Shown here piece by piece: positions 55,658 through 64,000 of a DNA stretch of 64,000 bases (position 1 is its first letter; each line of letters starts with the position of its first letter). Position numbers and translations under genes: made by a program. The DNA comes from Diplonema japonicum (Eukaryota; Protista; Euglenozoa: Diplonemea), in contig OZ025752.1 of NCBI GenBank assembly GCA_964019335.1, positions 1 to 64,000 of the forward strand, written 5' to 3'. The notes beneath the pieces were generated by a model, which saw only the letters and a list, made by a program, of their open reading frames with translations, was not told the DNA's origin and did no database searches.

Positions 55658-58194
55658 ATGGGGGAGGGGGACGACGGAGTAGCTATGAACGATGACAGCT
55701 TATATGGTGGATTCAGCAACACGCAGGCAGCAGTGCCTGGGGGAGGTTCTCAAACCGGCGTCCCACCGGTGAGCAACACCGGAACAAACGGCGGCGGAGC
55801 CGGTGGGGTATACACCGCACAAGGCTCCATGCAACGCCCCCCACCCTCAAGCGGGGGACAATGGGGCGGCGCTTGGGGCGGTGCCCCTGGTACCCAAGCA
55901 GGTTCAATGCTCAGAACCATGGACGCACGGCCAATGACTTCCAACAGGGCTTCTGGGTACCAGTCACGAATCCCTGCATCACAAAGCGGCTTCGATCCTT
56001 TAAACCAAGGCCACATGCACGGTCAAGCCCTTCCATTACAAAAACGAGCGGACAATTCACCGGAGGAACAATGCTTGGAGATGGAGAAGAAAGTCAATAC
56101 GTTGATTGAAGAGTCCGCGATGGCAGCGCTTCAAAAAGACAATCCCCTCGCACTTGAAAAAGCGATCGAAGCCGGAAAGAGAGAACGCTGGCTGTGCAAG
56201 GAACGGGAAAAATTGGGTCTTGGTGATCAAATCAACATCGATTTAACGTACTCGGTGCATTTTAACTTGGCTGTCCAGTACCACAACTCGCAATGCTACA
56301 CGGAAGCGATCAACACCTACACGCTAATCGTGAGGAATAAACAATACGCTCAGTCAGGACGCCTCCGTGTGAACATGGGCAACATCTACTACGAGCAGAA
56401 GAAATACCCCCACGCCATCAAAATGTACAAAACAGCACTGGATCAGGTCCCTCCAACAGGGAAGGATCTTCGATTGAAGATCACCCGCAACATTGCCAAC
56501 GCTTACGTTAAAATGGGCCAGTACCAAGATGCGCTGAACCACTACGAGGCGATCATGAAGGAGCTACCCGACATGCAGACCGGGTTCAATTTGCTTCTTT
56601 GCTATTTCGTGCTCCGGGATAAGGACAGGATGAAACGGCAGTTTTTAAAACTCCTGCAGATCCGCACCGCGTCGGTCCCAGACGAGGACGAGGAGGAAGA
56701 GGAGAACGAGGAAACAGAAAAAGAAGTGTTGATCGACGACGGGCTCCTATCAGAGCTCAAGGAAAGACGCAAACAAAACGCAAGCTTCATTCTAACTGGC
56801 GGTAGGTTAATAGCCCCCGTTGTAGAGGCTGATTGGGAAAAAGGTTTTGAATTCGTTGTCTCATCGTTCAAACAATCCCGCGCGACAGAACTAAAACACT
56901 CGAACTCTCGACTAGCTTCGGAGATGGAAATGTGCTGGGCGCTGCAATTCCTGAAACACCAAAAATACACCCGGGCCATTGAATGCCTCAAGGCTTTCGA
57001 AAAGAAAGATAAAGTTCTCAAAGCCAGGGCGGCCTGCAACCTATCATACCTCTATTTCCTTGAAGGCGATGTCGAAAACGGAGAGCTCTACGCCAACATG
57101 TCGGTCGACGCCGACAAGTACAACGCGAAAGCACTCGTGAATAAGGGGAACTACTTATACGTGAAGCAAGATTACGACAAGGCGAAAGAATATTATTTAG
57201 AGGCACTCTCTGTCGAGGCAGACTGCGTTGAAGCAATTTACAATCTCGGTCTTGCGACAAAGGCCATGGGGCAGTACGAAGAATCCCTCCGCGTGTTCAA
57301 AAGACTACAGACTATGTTGGAATCTGTTGAGGTAATCTACCAACTGGCCAACCTTTACGATGTGATAGGCCGGCACGATGTTTCTGTAGAATGGTTCAAA
57401 AAGGCACCGACGGACCCCGCCATCCTCGCCCGCTTAGGAAACATCCACGCCAAGGAGGACGACGAGTCTCAGGCCTTCCACTACCATTTGGAGGCGTACC
57501 GCTACCTTCCGGTGAACATGGAGGTTATCAACTGGCTGGGCGCGTACTTTGTGAAGAACGAGGTGTATGAGAAAGCTATGAAGTATTTCGAGCGTGCGGC
57601 ACAGATTCAGCCCAACGAGGTGAAGTGGCAGCTGCTAGTTGCGTCGTGCTACCGAAGAATCGGTGCGTTCCCACAGGCGAAGAAGATGTACGAGGTGATA
57701 CACAGGAAACACCCTGACAATGTTGAGTGCCCTAGGTACTTGGTTCATCTTTGCAAAGAGATGGGCCTTGCAGACGAGGCAGTTAGTTACCATAAGGTGT
57801 GAATTGGGGGAATGGGGAAAGAAAAAAAAAAAAAAAAAAAGGTTCTTGCGAAGCTTGAGAAACGGCAAGGAACGGGTTCGCAGCATGTTTACTCACCGCA
57901 GGCAGGGGGCAGTCCCGGGGGTGTTGGTGGAGGTGCTGGGTCCTCGATGGACCAGAGCAACGGTGGTGCTACACAAGATGTAGGAGGGACCAGTCAGCCC
58001 ATTTCTCGACATGCCGCAGATATTGCCGCGTTGGAGACAGAGCCTGATAAGGTTTTTTTTTTTTTTTTTTTTTTGTAAAAAAAAATTTTTTTTTTTCTAC
58101 ACAGGATGCTCTCCTAGAGGACCAAGCACGGAAAGCTTCAAAGAAAGAAGAGTTGGATGACGAACTGGATGATGATGACTTACCTGGGATGTGA
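55658..58194 (+). CDS. IFT88: Intraflagellar transport protein 88; introns 57797-57841 and 58052-58104
   Basis: DDSLYGGF, RPMTS.RASGY, NIDLTYSVHFNLA, GRLRVNMGNIY, QPNEVKWQLLVASCYRR; spliced end DDDDLPGM*; start may instead be 55684. Confidence 0.95.
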
Positions 58195-58712
58195 GCGAAC
58201 TAAAAAAAAAATCTTTAGACAATTATAGAGATTTCTTTTATTTTATTTTTTACCTTATTTTTTCTGTGGGTTTTTTTTTTTTAAGGGGAGGGGCAAAGAT
58301 GAGTTCCAAGGTATTGGCTTTTTTGAATAAAAAGAGACGTATCTTGGGCGAAAGGGGGGAAACGGGAAAAAAAAAAAAAAAAGCGGAGAAAACACAAAAA
58401 AAAAAAAAAAAAAAAAAAATGTGTATAGGATACTTGTCCCCCTCCCACCCCTGTCCACGAAAACCATTTCTCTTCTTTTTTAATCCCTTTTTTTTATTTG
58501 ATTTTTTTTTATTCTCCCCACCCCCCCTTTCCCCCGTTAACCAGGAAAAAAAAATCTTAAGACAAAGCACCGTTTTCTCTTCTTCCCCATCCACTCCCTC
58601 CCGTTTTTTTTTTTGTTGTTTTGTTTAAAAAAATTATTTTGTTATTTTTTTATTTTTTGCCCCCCCCACCCCCCCTTCCTAATCTCGATCCAATAGAAAA
58701 AAAAAAGCAGAG

Positions 58713-58746
<34 letters not shown>

Positions 58747-58752
58747 CTCCCA

Positions 58753-61700
58753 ATGGCCGAAAAGTGGCTTCGGTCAATCTCAAGTGATCTCCCGGAGATA
58801 ATCGGTGTTAAGGATTCAGGCGCATTGCAATTCTCGGATTTCCGGCTTCCCGAAGAAGTAACGCGTGGTTATGCGTTGAGAAGAACGGAAACAAAGGGGA
58901 AAATCGAAGATTTGACGGTAGAAACCTACAAAAGCAGAAAAGACAAAGGACACGACAAGTTCCTGAACAGGGTTAGAAAACTTCGCGAGGCAGCGGTGCG
59001 CGCGGAGCACGAGCTGTCGGGCTTGGGTCCAACATCTAGCGACGACATAGTCAGGGCGGGGAATGTGATCCGCACTCTCGGCGAGGATGTACAACAAATC
59101 GTAGTGTCTAGTCTCGTTCGGGCAAAGAAGGACAGCGACCTACAAGTTCGCCTTCAGTCCGAACTTCTCGAAATTCTTGGTTTGGAAAACATCGAAATCA
59201 TCCAAATCGTGCTCAACAACAGAGAAGCAATCTTTCAGGACTTAATGTCGGAGCTGGAACAGTACAACACTGTCGATAAGGATCAGGCCTCAATGCCGGC
59301 AAGCCTGGGACCTTCAGTAAGGATTACAACCGCGAGCGAAAAGCGTGCGAGGAAGGAAGAATCCAAGAAGAAGAACCGTTCTGAAACCCGCGAGATGGCG
59401 AAACAACAAGAATACCTCCGAAATCTCGCCAATACCAACGAACGCGCGAAACGAAAAACAGAAGAACAAGCCATGTTCAAAGACAAGGAGTACTCCCTAA
59501 CCGACATCAAGGCTTCTTTGTCGTCCTTATCATCTGACACCACTTACACAGAACACAAGGGTTACATTGAAGTGTCGATGCCAATGCCTCAACGTCCTGC
59601 TGCCTCCAAGAACGATTTGATCCCTGTGGCGGATTTGCCTGGTTGGGCACAGCTCGCCTTCGGTTCACAGATCACACATCTGAACCCTGTCCAATCGAAG
59701 GTGTTTCAAACCGCGTTTTATTCAGCAGAAAACGTTCTCATCTCTGCCCCAACGGGTGCGGGTAAAACCGTTTGCGCGCTGCTCACTATGCTTCAGGAGA
59801 TCGGTCGGCATGTTACTCCGGAAGGAACCTTGATGAAGGAAGAGTTCAAAATGGTTTATGTCGCACCGATGAAGGCTCTCGCGCAAGAGATGGTCACAAA
59901 CTTCACGAAGAAGCTTGCGTGTTACAACATGATCGTTAAGGAGTGCACCGGTGATGCGCAGCTGACGAAGAAGGAAATGTCGGAGTGCCATTTGATCATC
60001 ACGACCCCCGAGAAGTGGGATGTCATCACCAGAAAAAAAACAGAAGCGCTTGTCTCAAAGACGAACCTCGTGATCTTCGACGAGATCCACTTGCTTAACG
60101 AAGACCGTGGGCCCGTGATCGAGGTTTTGGTTGCGAGGATGCTGCGAGAACAGGAGCTCACGCAGAGAACGATTCGTTTGGTCGGGCTGTCGGCCACACT
60201 GCCCAACTACCGTGATGTATCTGACTTCTTGGGTTGCAGCAGGGTGACCGGTCTCTTTGTGTTCGATGCTGCCTATCGTCCTGTTCCACTTCAGCAAACA
60301 TTCATCGGTGTTCAAGAAAAGGCGAGAACCATCGAAGGAACGGCTAAACAGGAAAACCGTGGTGAAAAACAGCCGAAAACACGGGACCAAACCTTTCTGT
60401 ACGACAAGATATGCTTCCAGAAGATTTGTTCCGCGCTGGCGCGGGGGAAGCAGGTGATGATATTCGTGCACTCCCGGGCGAAGACTTACAAGGTGGCGAA
60501 GACGATGATCGAGATGGCGCAGAAGGAGAACCACCACCTCTTCACGCAGGACGACGTCCCGAGCAAAGCCTGGAAGCAAGTGAGCACTTCGAACTGCCAG
60601 CAGCTTCAAGACCTCTTCCCAGGATCCTTCGGCATCCATCATGCTGGCCTATTAAAACACGCGAGAAGGCTCACAGAACAACTCTTCGCCGACGGACACA
60701 TCAAGTGCTTGGTCACAACAGCGACATTGGCATGGGGGGTGAACCTGCCAGCTCACACAGTCGTCATCCACGGTACACAGGTCTACCAAGCCAACAAGGG
60801 TGGATGGAGCGACATTTCTATTCTCGATGTGATGCAGATTTTCGGTCGTGCGGGTCGACCGCAGTTCGACACCTCTGGTGAGGGGATCATCATGACCTCG
60901 ATGGACAAGCTTCCCTTCTACATCCACGCCATGTCCAGCACTGTCCCGATTGAGTCGAAGCTTGCCGACCACCTCACAGACCATCTCAACGCGGAGATAG
61001 TGCTGGGCTCGGTAGCGTCGAGAGAAGAGGCTTGGAAGTGGTTCAAATACACCTACCTGTACATCAGAATGTGCAAGAACCCGCTCGCGTACGGGTTGAA
61101 ACCCGACGCGCTGTCACGGGACCCCGGGCTGCGAAACTCCGCCACCAAGCTGATCTGCTCCGCTGCGGAGCAGCTCGACGAAGCTGAGATGGTCCGCTAC
61201 GAGGCGGAATCCTCGACCGACAACTTCAACAGCGTTCACGTGGGGCGAATCGCTGCGCACTTCTACGTCTCGCACGAGACCATCAGACGATGGGGGGACG
61301 AGGGGTACGAAAGGGGGAAGGTGGTCCAGGACTACGGGGAAGCCTTGGTGCTCATCTCAAAAGCGGCAGAGTTCGACCAGATCCGGGTCCGAGAGGACGA
61401 GATGCAAGAACTGGTCGACGTCCGCGCGAACTTCTGCATCCTCGAGTCGAAGTCCTTGAAGCAACACTCGCGCCTTCTTGCCGGCGACAACTCCGATTTA
61501 TCGGGATCAGAGATCAAGACGAGAACGCTGATCCAAGCCTGGATCGCTAGGTACTCCCCGCAGTCCTTCTCGCTGTCCAACGACATGCAATACGTAGCGG
61601 ACAACGCAGCGAGGATTTGCCGGGCTCTGCTCGAGATCTCGATGCAGCGTGAGGTCCCACGGAGCATCATGATCTTCCTGGAACTGGCGAAGATGATTGA

Positions 61701-64000
61701 ACGCCGTGCTTGGGACACCCAACCGGAAATCATCCAGTTCGGCGAGCTTCCCAACACCGTCGCCGCCAAGCTCGAGGACCACAAGTGCACCATCTCACAG
61801 CTGTCCGGAATGGACACCAAGTCGATCGGATCCATCATCCGAAACTACAAGTACTCCCCGATGGTCAAGGACCTCGTCCTCGCCTTCCCTCGCATGGAGA
61901 TCAAGCACGAGGTGGCGCCCATCACCGCGACGATCATCAGAGTGAAGATCGAACTGATCCCTTACTTCAGGTGGAGCGCGAAGCACCACGGGACCACGCA
62001 GCCGTGGCACATCTTCGTGGAGGACTCGAACGGGGAAAAAGTGCACCACAAGGAGTTCTTGCTCCTCACGTCGAAGCAGGTGAACGACCCTCGATACGAG
62101 GTGCCGGAGAAGGATCTGAAGAAGGTGGAGATCAACTTCGTGCTGCCCATCCGGGACGGGCACACGCACTACATCATCCGGGCGGTGTCGGACCGTTGGC
62201 TGCAAGCGGAAGACTACGCGGACATGTTCCTGAACGGTGTGATCATGCCGGAGGACCTGCGCCCCTTCACGGAGCTGCTTCCCTTGAAGCCGCTCGAGTT
62301 GAAGACGGTTCTCGCCTACCCCAAGTACAGGGAGATGATGCGTTTCTCGCATCTGAACTCGGTGCAGACGCAGTGCTTCCACACGCTGTACCACACGGAC
62401 CTCAACGTGCTGTTTGGTGCCCCTACCGGGAGCGGGAAGACGGTCGCCGCTGAAATGGCCATGTTCAGGGTTTTCAACCAAGCGGGGGAGGTGGGGAAGG
62501 ACAAGATCGTGTACATCGCACCGTTGAAGGCTCTTGTGAAGGAGCGGATGAAGGATTGGGCGAAGCGGTTCGGGGAGGGAATGGGGAAGACCGTGCTGGA
62601 GCTGTCAGGGGACCACACCCCCGACATCGGGAGGCTCACGAAGGCGGACATCCTGTGCTGCACACCGGAGAAGTGGGACGGTATCAGCCGAAACTGGCAA
62701 AGCAGGTCCTACGTGCAGTCCGTCGCTCTCGTCGTTCTTGACGAGATCCACATGCTCGGCGGAGACCGCGGCCCCATCCTCGAGGTCATCGTCAGCAGAA
62801 TGCGCTACATGGGTTGGCATATCGGGAGGAAGATCAGGGTCATCGGTCTATCAACCGCTCTAGCCAACGCTTCCGACCTCGCCTCATGGATGGGGATAGA
62901 CGGTGTGGGGCTGTACAACTTCAGGCCGCAGGTGAGACCCGTCCCGTTGGAGCTGCACATCCAAGGATACCCCGGGAGGAACTACTGCCCGAGGATGGCG
63001 ACGATGAACAAACCGTGCTTCACGGCGATCGAAAAGCACGCGAAGATCGTGAACGCGGACGGGGTGGAGACGATAAAGCCCGTCATCATCTTTGTGTCGA
63101 GCAGGAGGCAGACGAGGCTGACAGGAATCGACCTGATCTCGTTCCTGTCCATCTCGAGCAACCCGTCCCTCTTCACCGCCGAGGTCGCGCAGGACGAGCT
63201 CGACCACTACGTCTCGCAGATAAACGACGAGCACCTGCGACACATGCTGGCCTTCGGGATAGGAATGCACCACGCGGGTCTAACAGAAGGAGACAAGGAC
63301 ATCATGGAACACATGTTCGTGTCCGGGAAGCTGAAGATCCTGGTGGCCACCTCGACTCTCGCCTGGGGGGTGAACTTCCCAGCGCACCTCGTCATCATCA
63401 AGGGGACGGAGTTCTACGACGCGAAGACGAAGAGCTACGTGGACTTCTCGTTGACGGATGTCTTGCAGATGATGGGGCGTGCGGGGAGGCCGCAGTTCGA
63501 CACCTCTGGAACGGCGGTGGTGATGGTCCACGAGCCGAAGAAAGCCTTTTACAAGAAATTCGTACACGACCCCTTCCCGGTGGAGTCGTCGCTTCACTCG
63601 AAGCTCCACGAGCACATCAACGCTGAAATCGTGTCAGGCACCATCGCCAAGAGGCAGGACACCGTTGACTACCTCACCTGGACTTACCTCTTCAGAAGGC
63701 TGTACAAGAACCCAACCTACTACGGTGTGGAGAGCGCGGACCACAACGCGATCTCGAGATTCCTCTCCGGGTTGGTTGAGAAGGTCCTGCGCGATCTCAT
63801 GGCAGCGAAATGTCTCGAGGAGCCGGACCCGGAAGACGAGGACTACGATCCAGACGCGCTGATCCCGTCTGTTCTGGGAAGGATCGCTTCCTTCTACTAC
63901 CTGTCGCACACAACGGTGCTCTTGTTCGAGGACGGGATCCAGGACAACTCTTCTCTTCAGGATGTCCTGAAGCTTTTGACGGAGGCCGCGGAGTTCTCGG
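58753..64000 (+). CDS. ASCC3: ASCC3/Slh1 tandem Ski2-like helicase (3' end beyond window; absent from the ORF track)
   Basis: Frame from ATG 58753 contains APTGAGKT, DEIHLLNEDRGPVIE, TLAWGVNLPAH, GRAGRPQFD, a Sec63 region, then GAPTGSGKT, DEIHMLGG, GYPGENYCPRMATMNKP (ASCC3 rather than Brr2). Confidence 0.95.
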   Translation, partial: MAEKWLRSISSDLPEIIGVKDSGALQFSDFRLPEEVTRGYALRRTETKGKIEDLTVETYKSRKDKGHDKFLNRVRKLREAAVRAEHELSGLGPTSSDDIVRAGNVIRTLGEDVQQIVVSSLVRAKKDSDLQVRLQSELLEILGLENIEIIQIVLNNREAIFQDLMSELEQYNTVDKDQASMPASLGPSVRITTASEKRARKEESKKKNRSETREMAKQQEYLRNLANTNERAKRKTEEQAMFKDKEYSLTDIKASLSSLSSDTTYTEHKGYIEVSMPMPQRPAASKNDLIPVADLPGWAQLAFGSQITHLNPVQSKVFQTAFYSAENVLISAPTGAGKTVCALLTMLQEIGRHVTPEGTLMKEEFKMVYVAPMKALAQEMVTNFTKKLACYNMIVKECTGDAQLTKKEMSECHLIITTPEKWDVITRKKTEALVSKTNLVIFDEIHLLNEDRGPVIEVLVARMLREQELTQRTIRLVGLSATLPNYRDVSDFLGCSRVTGLFVFDAAYRPVPLQQTFIGVQEKARTIEGTAKQENRGEKQPKTRDQTFLYDKICFQKICSALARGKQVMIFVHSRAKTYKVAKTMIEMAQKENHHLFTQDDVPSKAWKQVSTSNCQQLQDLFPGSFGIHHAGLLKHARRLTEQLFADGHIKCLVTTATLAWGVNLPAHTVVIHGTQVYQANKGGWSDISILDVMQIFGRAGRPQFDTSGEGIIMTSMDKLPFYIHAMSSTVPIESKLADHLTDHLNAEIVLGSVASREEAWKWFKYTYLYIRMCKNPLAYGLKPDALSRDPGLRNSATKLICSAAEQLDEAEMVRYEAESSTDNFNSVHVGRIAAHFYVSHETIRRWGDEGYERGKVVQDYGEALVLISKAAEFDQIRVREDEMQELVDVRANFCILESKSLKQHSRLLAGDNSDLSGSEIKTRTLIQAWIARYSPQSFSLSNDMQYVADNAARICRALLEISMQREVPRSIMIFLELAKMIERRAWDTQPEIIQFGELPNTVAAKLEDHKCTISQLSGMDTKSIGSIIRNYKYSPMVKDLVLAFPRMEIKHEVAPITATIIRVKIELIPYFRWSAKHHGTTQPWHIFVEDSNGEKVHHKEFLLLTSKQVNDPRYEVPEKDLKKVEINFVLPIRDGHTHYIIRAVSDRWLQAEDYADMFLNGVIMPEDLRPFTELLPLKPLELKTVLAYPKYREMMRFSHLNSVQTQCFHTLYHTDLNVLFGAPTGSGKTVAAEMAMFRVFNQAGEVGKDKIVYIAPLKALVKERMKDWAKRFGEGMGKTVLELSGDHTPDIGRLTKADILCCTPEKWDGISRNWQSRSYVQSVALVVLDEIHMLGGDRGPILEVIVSRMRYMGWHIGRKIRVIGLSTALANASDLASWMGIDGVGLYNFRPQVRPVPLELHIQGYPGRNYCPRMATMNKPCFTAIEKHAKIVNADGVETIKPVIIFVSSRRQTRLTGIDLISFLSISSNPSLFTAEVAQDELDHYVSQINDEHLRHMLAFGIGMHHAGLTEGDKDIMEHMFVSGKLKILVATSTLAWGVNFPAHLVIIKGTEFYDAKTKSYVDFSLTDVLQMMGRAGRPQFDTSGTAVVMVHEPKKAFYKKFVHDPFPVESSLHSKLHEHINAEIVSGTIAKRQDTVDYLTWTYLFRRLYKNPTYYGVESADHNAISRFLSGLVEKVLRDLMAAKCLEEPDPEDEDYDPDALIPSVLGRIASFYYLSHTTVLLFEDGIQDNSSLQDVLKLLTEAAEFS

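Noticed and set aside
58816-63909. Many short track ORFs in the last 5 kb
   Set aside because: Shadow frames of the ASCC3 ORF, which the track missed because its stop lies outside the window

Overview
Eukaryotic protist DNA, probably a euglenozoan (diplonemid-like). This is inferred from the EWMY-type receptor cyclase, the kinetoplastid-style LRR family, co-directional genes and IFT88; it is not proven. The left ~19 kb looks subtelomeric. It holds a (GGGTTTGC)n array, a 26-bp satellite and an intact 2318-aa CRE-clade (RLE) non-LTR retrotransposon ORF with an OTU protease and a long unknown C-terminal extension. After these come a scrambled hAT cluster and piggyBac and YR-retrotransposon remnants. 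From 19.3 kb all recognisable host genes are on the + strand: a large secreted beta-rich protein, a Ubl-ankyrin protein, a receptor cyclase-like protein, a D2-hydroxyacid dehydrogenase/FAD-oxidoreductase fusion, tRNA-Arg(CCT), a VIT1-like transporter, a Pro/Ser-rich protein, a WD40-like CaaX protein, IFT88 and ASCC3 (runs off the end). The best-supported unusual system is an I/ingi-group LINE family inserted twice, each time with its own TSD, at the 5' edge of the tRNA-Arg gene. A neighbouring 5' half of such an element carries a 2A StopGo peptide and a pseudoknotted RNA before ORF2. Host genes have 32-63 nt GT-AG introns, several with poly(A) instead of a polypyrimidine tract.
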